Of a stretch of 64,000 nucleotides of DNA, positions 17,723 to 26,646 are shown one piece after another. Below the pieces are notes generated by a model, which was not told where the DNA came from, made no database searches, and was given only the letters and a program-made list of their open reading frames with translations. The DNA is taken from contig CAVPEX010000040.1 in assembly GCA_963703585.1 (NCBI GenBank), positions 33,945 to 97,944 of the forward strand, given 5' to 3'. Every line of letters begins with the position of its first letter. Within the stretch, counting starts at the first letter, position 1. This DNA comes from an uncultured Solirubrobacterales bacterium (GTDB lineage Bacteria > Actinomycetota > Thermoleophilia > Solirubrobacterales > 70-9). Position numbers and translations under genes: made by a program.

Positions 17723-18838
17723 TCAGGGAGCGCCGGTGGGAAGCGGCCAATCGGGCTCGTATCCGAACACCTCGCGCAGCGGCGTCACCCCGTAGCGCTC
17801 GGAGACGATCTCGATGTGATCGGCCGTGACCAGGGCCGGGTGAGAGACCCCGCAGGAGCGGGCCAGCGCCAGCAGCTCGGCCCGCAGCGCCACCAGGTAG
17901 TTGGCCGCCCGGCTCGACTTCAGCTCCGGGTCGAGGCCGCGCATCAGCCAGCGGGACTGGGTGGCGACGCCGGTCGGGCAGCGGCCGGTGTGGCAGCGCT
18001 GGGCCTGGATGCAGCCGATCGCCATCATCGCCTCGCGGCCGACGTTGACCATGTCGCAGCCGAGGCCGAAGGCGAACAGCGCCGCGTCCGGGAAGCCGAG
18101 TCGCCCGGAGCCGATGAAGGTGACCCGCTCGGTCAGCCCGGCACGGGCGAAGCTGCGGTAGACCTGGGCGAAGGCGAGCTTGAACGGCAGCGCCACGTGG
18201 TCGGTGAAGGCGAGCGGCGCGGCGCCGGTGCCGCCCTCGCCGCCGTCGATCGTGAGGAAGTCGGGGCCGCCGCCCGTCGCCTCCATGCGGGTGCTCAGCG
18301 TCTCCCAGAATCCGATCTCGCCGACCGCCGACTTGATCCCGACCGGCAGGCCGGTCGCGGCGGCGATCTCCTCGACGAACTCGATCAGGCCGTCGACGTC
18401 GCCGAAGGCCGAGTGGGCGGGCGGGCTGACGCAGTCGCGGTGGGCCGGCACGCCGCGGCACTCGGCGATCTCCGGCGTCACCTTGACCGCCGGCAGCAGC
18501 CCGCCGAGGCCGGGCTTGGCGCCCTGGGAGAGCTTCGCCTCGATCGCCCCCGTCTCGTCGTCGGTGCCGAAGCCGAAGAGGTTCGCTTCGCCCTCCGAGG
18601 AGGCGGCGATCCAGCGCCGCTGGTCGCGCGAGAACGGGCGCTCCTCGTTGTTGGAGGTGACGATGTACCGGCGCAGCTCCGGGCCGAACCCCTCGAGCAG
18701 GTAGCGGAAGTGCCCGACGAGGGGGAGGTTGCGCAGCACCGCGCGGCGGCGCTGCAGCAGGTCGTAGCCGACTACGCCCGCCAGCGCGGCGGCGGCGACG
18801 CGGACGGTGCGGCCGCGGCGCTCACGCCGCTGTCTCAT
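17723..18838 (-). CDS. FMN-binding glutamate synthase-domain protein (GltB domain 2 family), apparently with an in-frame internal deletion
   Basis: 371 aa. The N-terminal LRNLPLVGHFRYLLEGFGPELRRYI and the C-terminal KLSQGAKPGLGGLLPAVKVTPEIAECRGVP...GGEGGTGAAP...CHTGRCPTGVATQ are typical. The usual central segment is absent at the junction ...FGFGTDDE/TGAIEAKLSQ.... Confidence 0.8.
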   Translation of the reverse strand: MRQRRERRGRTVRVAAAALAGVVGYDLLQRRRAVLRNLPLVGHFRYLLEGFGPELRRYIVTSNNEERPFSRDQRRWIAASSEGEANLFGFGTDDETGAIEAKLSQGAKPGLGGLLPAVKVTPEIAECRGVPAHRDCVSPPAHSAFGDVDGLIEFVEEIAAATGLPVGIKSAVGEIGFWETLSTRMEATGGGPDFLTIDGGEGGTGAAPLAFTDHVALPFKLAFAQVYRSFARAGLTERVTFIGSGRLGFPDAALFAFGLGCDMVNVGREAMMAIGCIQAQRCHTGRCPTGVATQSRWLMRGLDPELKSSRAANYLVALRAELLALARSCGVSHPALVTADHIEIVSERYGVTPLREVFGYEPDWPLPTGAP

Positions 18839-19826
18839 ACCGGATCGCGTTCCCGTCGTCGGCTTCGCGCACCCGGCCTTCGTTGACGAGGATGTCGGCG
18901 TGGCCGATCACCTCGGAGAGGGTGAGGTAGGCCTGGGTGACGGCGACGTTTCCCCAGATCGCCTGGGCCAGCTCGTAGCCGCTGCGGGGGCGCTCCTCGA
19001 TCAGCTTGAAGATCTTCTCCTTGCGGCGGTCGTGGGCGGCGAAGCGGGCGTCGATCAACTCGACGTGGTCGGTGATCGGCTCGCCGTGGCCGGGGAGGAC
19101 GATCTCCGCCGGCATTTCGCGCGTCTTCTTCAGCGACTCGATGTAGGTGACCAGCGCCTGCGGTCGCCGGTCGGAGCCGTCGAGCGGGCGGCTGATCAGC
19201 GGGTTCGAGGAGATGTGGGCGATCAGGTGGTCGGCGGCGATCAGGATGCGGCGCTCGGCGTCCCAGAAGACGGTGTCGGAGGGGCTGTGGCCCGGCCGGT
19301 GCAGGGCCTCCAGGGTGCGGTCGTGGAAGGGGAGGAGCTGGCCGTCCTCGAGCGGCTTGGTGACGCCGACGTGGGAGCCCCAGCCGCGGAAGCCGCGGGA
19401 TACCGTGCGCAGGGCGACGGTGACGTCCTCGGGGATGCCGTTGCGCAGCATCACCTCGACCGCGAAGGCGTCCTCCCGCTCGGCGTCCTCGTCGAAGTCC
19501 GCCAGTCGCTGCTTGGCCGCACCCAGCGCCGCCACCTCGGCGCCGGAGTGCTCGACCAGGATCTCGACCAGGCCGAGGTGGTCGATGTGCTGGTGGGTGA
19601 CGACGATCAGTTCGAGGTCGTCGATCGAGTGGCCCCGCTCGCCGAAGCGGACGCTGAGCTCGTCCAGCGCCTTGCCCGAGTTGGGGCCGGTGTCGACGAG
19701 CGTCAGCGGCTCGTCCTCGATCAGGTAGCAGTTGACCCTGCCGACGGCGAAGGGGGTGGGGATCGCGAGCCGGTGGATGCCCGCCAGCGCGGCCTGCTCC
19801 AGCGCCTGCTCGGGGGTCCCGCTCAC
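18822..19826 (-). CDS. MBL-fold metallo-hydrolase
   Basis: GTG start at 19826 overlaps the upstream stop (GTGA). HxHxDH motif VVTHQHIDHLG. About 334 aa. Confidence 0.85.
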   Translation of the reverse strand: MSGTPEQALEQAALAGIHRLAIPTPFAVGRVNCYLIEDEPLTLVDTGPNSGKALDELSVRFGERGHSIDDLELIVVTHQHIDHLGLVEILVEHSGAEVAALGAAKQRLADFDEDAEREDAFAVEVMLRNGIPEDVTVALRTVSRGFRGWGSHVGVTKPLEDGQLLPFHDRTLEALHRPGHSPSDTVFWDAERRILIAADHLIAHISSNPLISRPLDGSDRRPQALVTYIESLKKTREMPAEIVLPGHGEPITDHVELIDARFAAHDRRKEKIFKLIEERPRSGYELAQAIWGNVAVTQAYLTLSEVIGHADILVNEGRVREADDGNAIRYETAA

Positions 19827-21205
19827 GCCCGGATCAGCCCCAGGACCTGGTCGCGCCTGGCCTCCATGTCCTCGCGCGAGACCAGCGACTCGAGGTTGAG
19901 GCGCAGCAACGGCTCGGTGTTGGAGGGGCGGACGTTGAAATGCCACTCGGGGTAGTCGACGGAGACGCCGTCGAGGCGGGTGATCTCGCCATCGGAGTAG
20001 CGCTCGGCGATCTCCGCCATCTTCGCCTCCTGGTCGGCGACCTCGGAGTTGATCTCGCCGGAGATGAAGTAGCGGGAGCGGAACTCCTCCATCAGCTGGC
20101 CGAGGTTGCGGCCGTCGAGCGAGAGCAGCTCCAGCACCAGCAGCGCCGGGATCGTCCCCGAGTCGGCGTTCCAGAAGTCGCGGAAGTAGTAGTGACCGGA
20201 GACCTCGCCGCCGAAGGCGGCGCCCTCCTCGCGCATCCGCGCCTTGAAGAAGGCGTGGCCGACGCGGGAGAGGTCCGAGCGGCCGCCCTCGGCGGCGACC
20301 AGGTCCGGCACGGCGCGGCTGGAGCGGGGGTCGTAGAGGATCGTCGCGCCGGGGTTCTTGCGCAGCACCGAGCGCGCCAGCAGGGCGCAGATGAAGTCGC
20401 CGTCGCAGAACTCGCCGCTGCCGTCGATGAAGAAGCAGCGGTCGGCGTCGCCGTCCCAGGCGATCCCGAGGTCGGCGCCGGCGGCCCGCACGCGCTCCAT
20501 GATCAGCGCCCGGTTCTCCGGCAGCAGCGGGTTCGGCTCGTGGTCGGGGAACTCGCCGTCGGGCTCGAAGTACATCTCCTCGAGGTCGAGCGGCAGCTTC
20601 TCCAGGATCGGGCCGACCATCGGCCCGGCCATGCCGTTGCCGCCGTCGACCACCAGCTTCATCGGCTTCACGGCCGCCGCGTCGATGAAGGAGAGCGCGT
20701 GCGCCCGGTATTCGTCCCAGACGTCGACCTCCTCCAGCGAGCCGCCGCCCGGGGCGTGCCCGAGGCCGGCCTCGATCTCGGCCCGCACGTCGCCGATGCC
20801 GGCGTCGCCGGAGAGCGGCAGCGCCCCCTCGCGCACCAGCTTCACCCCGGTGTAGGCCTTGGGGTTGTGGGAGGCGGTGACCATCGCGCCGCCGTCGAGC
20901 TGGCGCGAGCCGACCAGGTGGTAGAGCATCTCGGTCGCGACCATGCCGGCATCGAGCACGGTGGCGCCCTCGAAGATCAGGCCGTCGCGCAGCTCCGCCG
21001 CCATCGCCGGCGCGGTCAGCCGCATGTCGCGGCCCAGCCCGACCCGCAGCTCGCCGGTCTGCTTGCCACGCAGCCGCGCCAGCACCCGGGCGAAGGCGCG
21101 GCCGATCGCGTGCGCCGTCGTCTCATCCATCTCGGTGCCGTGCAGGCCGCGGATGTCGTAGGCCTTGAAGATGCCCGGCGGCGCCAGCGGCGCGGCCTCG
21201 CTCAC
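19823..21205 (-). CDS. phosphomannomutase / phosphoglucomutase
   Basis: 460 aa from GTG 21205. IFKAYDIRG, active-site loop TASHNPKAYTG, metal loop DGDADR, and GGEVSGHYYF. Confidence 0.9.
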   Translation of the reverse strand: MSEAAPLAPPGIFKAYDIRGLHGTEMDETTAHAIGRAFARVLARLRGKQTGELRVGLGRDMRLTAPAMAAELRDGLIFEGATVLDAGMVATEMLYHLVGSRQLDGGAMVTASHNPKAYTGVKLVREGALPLSGDAGIGDVRAEIEAGLGHAPGGGSLEEVDVWDEYRAHALSFIDAAAVKPMKLVVDGGNGMAGPMVGPILEKLPLDLEEMYFEPDGEFPDHEPNPLLPENRALIMERVRAAGADLGIAWDGDADRCFFIDGSGEFCDGDFICALLARSVLRKNPGATILYDPRSSRAVPDLVAAEGGRSDLSRVGHAFFKARMREEGAAFGGEVSGHYYFRDFWNADSGTIPALLVLELLSLDGRNLGQLMEEFRSRYFISGEINSEVADQEAKMAEIAERYSDGEITRLDGVSVDYPEWHFNVRPSNTEPLLRLNLESLVSREDMEARRDQVLGLIRA

Positions 21206-21693
21206 GCGAATGCTCCCTTCAGCGCTTCGTAGCTCTGCTCGATCGTCTGCGGCATCACTTTGGTGTCGGCGACGACCGGCATGAAGTTGTTGTCGCCCGC
21301 CCAGCGCGGCACCACGTGGACGTGGATGTGGTGCTCGACCCCGGCGCCGGCGATCCGGCCCTGGTTGAGGCCGACGTTGAAGCCGTGCGGGCTGTAGACG
21401 TCCTCGAGCCTGTCCATCGCCCGCTGCGCCATCGCCATCATCTCCGCCAGCGTCTCGGGTGGGATCTCCTGCAGGCGGCCGATGTGCTCGTAAGGGGCGA
21501 CCATCAGGTGCCCGTTCGTGTACGGGAAGAGGTTGAGGATGAGGAAGCAGCGCTCGCCGCGGTGGACGATCAGGCTTGCCTCGTCGTCTTCCGCCGCCGG
21601 CTTGGCGCAGAAGATGCACTCCTCCTCGATGTCCTTGGACGCGTCCTTCACGTAGGTGAGGCGCCAGGGCGCCCAGATGCGGAAATTTGCCAC
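21202..21693 (-). CDS. HIT family protein
   Basis: 163 aa. Histidine triad HHIHVHVVPR. CxxC-like IFCAK near the N-terminus. Confidence 0.9.
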   Translation of the reverse strand: MANFRIWAPWRLTYVKDASKDIEEECIFCAKPAAEDDEASLIVHRGERCFLILNLFPYTNGHLMVAPYEHIGRLQEIPPETLAEMMAMAQRAMDRLEDVYSPHGFNVGLNQGRIAGAGVEHHIHVHVVPRWAGDNNFMPVVADTKVMPQTIEQSYEALKGAFA

Positions 21694-21794
21694 GGGCGGT
21701 CAATCCTATTGAGACGCAGCCGCCCCCGGACGCGGGAGCCGGTCGCCATCCATATCTGGTTCTCTGGCGACCGGCGGGAGCAGAGGAGGCGGCG

Positions 21795-22814
21795 TTATAG
21801 CCAGCCGCGGCGGCGGAAGTAGGCGACCATGCCGACAGGATCACGAGCATCGCGCCGAGCACGACCCAGAACGCGGTCGTGTCGCCCTCGCCGGGGACGT
21901 GACAGTTCATCCCCCAGATGCTCGCGATCAGGGTCAGCGGCAGGACGATGACGCTGATCGAGGTCAGCACGCGGAGGATGTCGTTGACGCGGTGGGAGAT
22001 CACCGACTCGTTGGTCTCCTCGAGCGCCTCGGCGACCTCCTTGTAGTTCTCGAGCATGTCCCAGATCCGCTCGTGGGCGTCGACGATGTCGTCGAAGTAG
22101 ATCTCGAGGTCGATGTCGGGGGCGAGGTAGCGCTGCTTGACCTTCTCGAGGTCGCGCAGCACCGGCCGCTGCGGCCGGATCACCTTGCGGAAGTTGATGA
22201 TCTCCTGCTTGACGTTGGAGATGTCGCGCACGATCTCCTCGGAGCGGCCCTCGAAGATGTCGTCCTCGAGCGCGTCGAGCTTGTTGCCGATCTTGCGCAG
22301 CATCGGGAAGCAGTAGTCGAAGCTGTCGTCGACGATCCGGTAGAGCAGGTAGCCGGAGCCGCGGGAGAAGAGCTGCTCGCGCAGCTCCTCCTTCGCCGCG
22401 GCAGCGCTCGAACAGGTACTCGATCGGCTGCAGCGGCTGGTTGGGGATCGTGATCAGGTAGTCGGGGCCGACGAACAGGTCGAGCTCGCCGGTGCCGAGG
22501 CGGCCGGCGGCGCGGTCGAAGACCGGCAGGTGGAGGACGATGAAGAGGTAGTCGTCGTAGATGTCGATCTTCGGTCGCTGGTTGCGCGAGAGGACGTCCT
22601 CGATGTCGAGCGCGTGGAAGTCGTAGTTCTCTTCGAGCCAGGTCCGCTCCAGCGCCCCGGGGCGCTCGATGTTGACCCAGCGCAGGCCGGCGGCATCGAT
22701 CTGCTCGACGTGCGGGGTCTGGGGCTCAGGCGCGGCGGGGGGCCCGACGAGCTCGCCGCGGCGACTTGCGCGCCGTAGCCTCGGCTTCGGAAGGTTCGGC
22801 ATCGGCCGGGCCAA
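21795..22814 (-). pseudogene. corA: CorA-type magnesium/cobalt transporter with two frameshifts
   Basis: Three frame segments. (1) 22814 down to ~22410: ...YDFHALDIEDVLSRNQRPKIDIYDDYLFIVLH.... (2) ~22405 down to ~21840: AAAAKEELREQLF...MLRKIGNKLDALEDDIF...IWGMNCHVPGEG, which contains the GMN motif. (3) ~21838 down to 21795: MVAYFRRRGWL. The indels lie near 22405-22412 and 21835-21840. Confidence 0.8.
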
Positions 22815-22915
22815 TCGTCTCGTCGCGCAGGGGGCTCATCGTGGACCTAGGTTAGCCGTCAGGCGTCCCTGCAAACGTCCGCGCTGCGGCTGGTAAGGTT
22901 CTTGCCACATAAGCG

Positions 22916-23033
22916 CCACATCTAGAGGGGTGGAGGGACTGGCCCAGTGAAGCCCCGGCAACCACTTCGAGACCACGGTTCGGAGGGAGGTGCCAAGTCC
23001 AGCAGGTCGCAGCTCAAGACCTGGAAGATGTGG
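22916..23033 (+). promoter_or_regulatory. SAM-I (S-box) riboswitch aptamer
   Basis: P1 CCACATCT...AGATGTGG encloses the conserved core AGAGGGGTGGAGGGACTGGCCCAGTGAAGCCCCGGCAACC...GGTGCCAAGTCCAGCAGG...CCTGGAAG. This matches the S-box consensus from memory. Confidence 0.88.
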
Positions 23034-23050
23034 GGGACGTCCGATCCGGA

Positions 23051-23082
23051 CCTCTGCCTCCTCCAGAAGGCGGAGGTTTTTT
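23051..23082 (+). terminator. intrinsic terminator (riboswitch expression platform)
   Basis: 8-bp stem CCTCTGCC / GGCGGAGG with one G-U pair, a 10-nt loop, then TTTTTT at 23077-23082. It sits 26 nt upstream of the ATG at 23108. Confidence 0.8.
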
Positions 23083-23107
23083 CGTTGAGGATCGAAAAGA
23101 GGATCGA

Positions 23108-24347
23108 ATGTCAGTTGAGAACCTGAAGTGCAAGGAATGCGGCACGACCTACGAGCTCGACGCCAGCTACGTCTGCGAGAACTGCTTCGGGCCGCTCGAG
23201 GTCTCCTACGACTATAGCTCCGGGCTCGACGCCGAATCGGCGAAGGCGCAAGATCCAGGCCGGCTCGAACGGCATCTGGCGATACGCCGACTTCCTTCCG
23301 TTCACGGGACGCCCGCACGACCCGCTCGAGCCGGGGCTGACGCCGTTGGTCAAGGCCGACCGCCTCGCCGAGCAGCTCGGCCTGGGCGAGGTCTGGATCA
23401 AGAACGACGCCGCCAACCCGACCCACTCGTTCAAGGACCGGGTTGTCGCGGTCGCCGTCGCCAAGGCCCAGGAGCTCGGCTTCGAGACCGTCGCCTGCGC
23501 CTCGACCGGGAACCTCGCCAACGCGGTCGCCGCCCACGCCGCGGCTGCCGGCCTGGACTCCTACGTCTTCGTGCCCGTCGAACCTCGAGGAGCAGAAGCT
23601 GCTCGCGACCGGCGATCTACGGCACCAACCTGATCGGCGTCAACGGCAACTACGACGACGTCAACCGGCTCTGCACGGAGCTGGCCGCAGACGCGCCCCT
23701 GGGCCTTCGTCAACGTCAACCTGCGCCCCTACTACGCCGAGGGCTCGAAGACGCTCGCCTACGAGACCGTCGAGCAGCTCGGCTGGACGCTGCCCGACCG
23801 CGTCGTCTCGCCGATCGCCTCGGGCTCGCTCTTCACCAAGCTCGGCCGCGGCTTCCAGGAGTGGCTCGACCTCGGCCTCGTCGAGGGCGAACTGCCCGTC
23901 TTCAACGGCGCCCAGGCGGAGGGCTGCTCCCCGGTGGCGACGGCCTTCGCCGAGGGCTGGGACGTCTGCAAGCCGCAGAAGCCGGACACGATCGCCAAGA
24001 GCCTGGCGATCGGCGACCCCGCCGACGGCCCCTACGCGCTCGAGCAGCGCGCGGCGCAGACCGGCGGCGCGCATCGACGCGGTCACCGACGAGGAGATCC
24101 GCGACGGCGATCAAGCTGCTGGCGCGAGACGACCGGCGATCTTCACCGAGACCGCCGGCGGCGTCACCGTCGGCGTCCTCCGCAAGCTGGCCGAGCGCGG
24201 CGAGCTCGCGGCCGGCGAGCGGGTCGTCGTCTACATCACCGGCGAGGGGCTGAAGACCCTCGACGCGACCCGCGATAGCGTTCCAGATGCACGAGATCGA
24301 TCCGACCCTCGACGAGCTTCGAGGCCGAGTTCGAACGCCGGAGATAA
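23108..24347 (+). pseudogene. threonine synthase-like PLP enzyme with N-terminal zinc ribbon; about nine frameshifts
   Basis: N-terminal CKECG...CENC. PLP-lysine region NPTHSFKDRV, then ...ACASTGNLANAVAAHAAAAGL..., ...NVNLRPYYAEGSKTLAYE..., ...AQAEGCSPVATAF... and ...IFTETAGGVTVGVLRKL.... The homologous sequence hops between all three frames at about 23249, 23575, 23611, 23698, 24070, 24105, 24130, 24280 and 24318. TAA stop at 24345-24347. Confidence 0.8.
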
Positions 24348-24354
24348 ACCGCTG

Positions 24355-24628
24355 ATGGCAGTGACCGTGAAGATCCCGCCCAGCTACGCGCCGCCACCGG
24401 CGGCGAGGCCGAGGTCGAGGTCGACGGCTCGACCGTCGGCGAGGTGCTCGACGCGGTCTTCGATCCGCCCACGGCGACCTGCGCGAGCGGATCACCGAGG
24501 ACGGTGACCTGCGCCGCTTCGTCAACGTCTACGTCTCCGGCGAGGACATCCGCTTCCAGGAGGGGCTCGACACCGCCATCGACGACGGCGACGAGATAAC
24601 GATCCTTCCAGCCGTAGCGGGCGGCTGA
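24355..24628 (+). pseudogene. MoaD/ThiS-family sulfur-carrier-like protein ending in Gly-Gly; two frameshifts
   Basis: Reconstructed as [37 protein letters not shown]/..[52 protein letters not shown]. Shifts lie near 24379 and 24465. TGA stop at 24626-24628. Confidence 0.7.
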
Positions 24629-25362
24629 AACCTCCCGTAGTCATCCTCTGCGGCGGGCGCGGGACGCGGCTGCGGGAGCGGACCGAGTCGGTGCCGAAGG
24701 CGCTGGTCGAGATCGGCGGGCGGCCGATCCTCTGGCACGTGGTCCAGATCTACGCCGCCCAGGGGTTCGAGCGGTTCCTGCTGGCCACCGGGTACCTGGG
24801 CGAGGCGGTCGAGGAGTTCGCCGCGGCTGAGCGCTGGCCGGACGGGGTCGAGGTCGAGTGCGTCGACACCGGCCTCGACACGCCGACCGGCGGGCGCATC
24901 GCCCTGCTGGCGGACCGGCTCGGCGACGAACCCTTCTGCACCACCTACGCCGACGGGGTCGCCGACGTCGACCTCGGGACGCTGCTCGAGTTCCACCGCG
25001 AGGGCGGGGCGCTGGCGACGCTGACCGTGGTCCGGCCCGACCTGCAGTGGGGCGTCGCCGAGCTCGACGGCGACAGCGTCAGCGGCTTCGTCGAGAAGCC
25101 GCGCAGCGAGGACTGGATCAACGGCGGCTTCCTCTGCTTCGAGCCGGGGGTGCTGGAATACCTGGACCGCGACAGCGTGCTGGAGCGCGAGCCGCTGGCG
25201 CGCCTGGCTGCCGACGGCGAGCTGCGGGCCTACCGCCACGAGGGCTTCTGGGACTGCATGGACACCTACAAGGACGCGGTCGTCCTCAACGACCTCTGGA
25301 GCGGCGGCGAAGCTCCCTGGCGGATCTGGGACACGGCGGCGGCGGAGCGGGCCCGGCGATGA
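24625..25362 (+). CDS. rfbF: glucose-1-phosphate cytidylyltransferase; start codon unclear
   Basis: Strong colinearity with RfbF: ...[17 protein letters not shown]...[11 protein letters not shown]...[10 protein letters not shown]...[13 protein letters not shown]...APW. The nucleotide-binding loop [12 protein letters not shown] lies upstream of the first GTG (24691). The only candidate start before it is CTG at 24625. Confidence 0.85.
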   Translation: MKPPVVILCGGRGTRLRERTESVPKALVEIGGRPILWHVVQIYAAQGFERFLLATGYLGEAVEEFAAAERWPDGVEVECVDTGLDTPTGGRIALLADRLGDEPFCTTYADGVADVDLGTLLEFHREGGALATLTVVRPDLQWGVAELDGDSVSGFVEKPRSEDWINGGFLCFEPGVLEYLDRDSVLEREPLARLAADGELRAYRHEGFWDCMDTYKDAVVLNDLWSGGEAPWRIWDTAAAERARR

Positions 25363-26330
25363 AGCGCGTCCTCGTCACCGGCGCCCACGGCTTCGTCGCC
25401 TCGCGGCTGGCGCGGGGCCTGCTCGAGCGCGGCGACGCAGTTACGGCACTGGACCTGGCCAAGCCGGGGCGCTCGGGCCTGGCGCTGCAGGGGATCGAGG
25501 CCGAGGTCGAGCTGGTCGAGGCCGACCTGCGCGACGCTGGCACCGTCGGCGCGACGATCGAGGCGGGCGAGTTCGACTCGGTCTTCCACCTCGGCGCGCA
25601 GACCCTGGTCGGCCCGGCGATGGCGGACCCGGCGGCGACCTTCGAGACCAACGTGCGCGGGACCTGGACCCTGCTCGAGGCCTGCCGCCGCGTTGACGTG
25701 CCGGCGGTCGTCGTCGCCTCCTCCGACAAGGCATACGGCCCCAGCGAGGAGCTGCCCTACCGCGAGGACATGCGGCTGCAGCCGGCCTCGCCGTATGAGG
25801 CGAGCAAGGCGGCGGCCGACGCGATCGCGCTCAGCTACCGCCCCGCCTTCGGCCTGCCGGTGGCGGTCACCCGCTTCGCCAACATCTACGGCGGCGGCGA
25901 CCTCAACTTCTCGCGCCTGGTCCCGGAAGCGATCGCCGCCGTCCTCGACGGCCGCCGGCCGCAGATCCGCTCCGACGGCAGCCCCGAACGCGACCTGCTC
26001 TACGTCGAGGACGCGGTCGCCGCCTACTTCGCGGTCGAAGGCGCGGTCGGCGCCGGCGGGCCCGGGGCCGGGGAGGCGTTCAACGCGGGCGGGGAGCGCC
26101 CCCACTCGGTGGCCGAGATCCTGGAGACGATCTCTGCGGTCTCGGGCGGCGGCCTCGACCCCGAGTTCCTCGGCAGCGGCAACCCGGAGGGGGAGATCGA
26201 CCGCCAGTACGTCGACTCGGCGAAGCTGCGCGAGATGACCGGCTGGGCACCGGCGGTCTCCCTGCGCGACGGCCTGATCCGGACCCTGGACTGGTACCGC
26301 GATCACCCCGAGGTCAGACCGGCGGTCTGA
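25359..26330 (+). CDS. NAD-dependent epimerase/dehydratase family protein (sugar-nucleotide 4,6-dehydratase-like)
   Basis: ATG overlaps the rfbF stop (ATGA). Rossmann motif VTGAHGFVASRL and catalytic SSDKAYG...YEASKAAAD (YxxxK). Confidence 0.88.
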   Translation: MKRVLVTGAHGFVASRLARGLLERGDAVTALDLAKPGRSGLALQGIEAEVELVEADLRDAGTVGATIEAGEFDSVFHLGAQTLVGPAMADPAATFETNVRGTWTLLEACRRVDVPAVVVASSDKAYGPSEELPYREDMRLQPASPYEASKAAADAIALSYRPAFGLPVAVTRFANIYGGGDLNFSRLVPEAIAAVLDGRRPQIRSDGSPERDLLYVEDAVAAYFAVEGAVGAGGPGAGEAFNAGGERPHSVAEILETISAVSGGGLDPEFLGSGNPEGEIDRQYVDSAKLREMTGWAPAVSLRDGLIRTLDWYRDHPEVRPAV

Positions 26331-26335
26331 GGCTA

Positions 26336-26365
26336 GGTAAGAGTAATACCGGTGCTACTCTTACC
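26336..26365. promoter_or_regulatory. perfect 10-bp inverted repeat GGTAAGAGTA-N10-TACTCTTACC abutting the vapB start
   Basis: Arms at 26336-26345 and 26356-26365, with a loop containing ACCGGT. It ends 2 nt before the GTG at 26368 and lies 5 nt after the upstream stop. No U-tract. Confidence 0.5.
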
Positions 26366-26367
26366 GC

Positions 26368-26646
26368 GTGCGAATCACCAGCAAAGGCCAGGTCACGATC
26401 CCGAAGCAGATCCGGGATCGCCTCGGCCTGCTTCCCGGAACCGAGGTTGAGTTCATCGAGGAGAACGGGGAGGCACGGGTGCGGAAGCTGCCCGGGGGAC
26501 GAAGTCGCGGAGAGGAAATCGTCGAACACCTGAAACGGGCGAGTGGCGGCGACATCCCGATGAGCACCGAGGAGATCATGCGCCTCACCCGGGGAGGGGA
26601 CTGGGGAACCGGACGCTTGGAGGAGGGTGACGGCGACCCTCGTTGA
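26368..26646 (+). CDS. vapB: AbrB/MazE/SpoVT-type antitoxin (VapB-like)
   Basis: MRITSKGQVTIPKQIRDRLGLLPGTEVEF is the swapped-hairpin AbrB motif. It overlaps the downstream PIN gene by 20 nt. Confidence 0.85.
   Translation: MRITSKGQVTIPKQIRDRLGLLPGTEVEFIEENGEARVRKLPGGRSRGEEIVEHLKRASGGDIPMSTEEIMRLTRGGDWGTGRLEEGDGDPR

Noticed and set aside
22815-22915. Possible Mg-sensing M-box leader upstream of corA (minus strand).
   Set aside because: Only ~100 nt is available, and I could not find the conserved M-box core. The structured RNA in this gap is the SAM riboswitch on the other strand.
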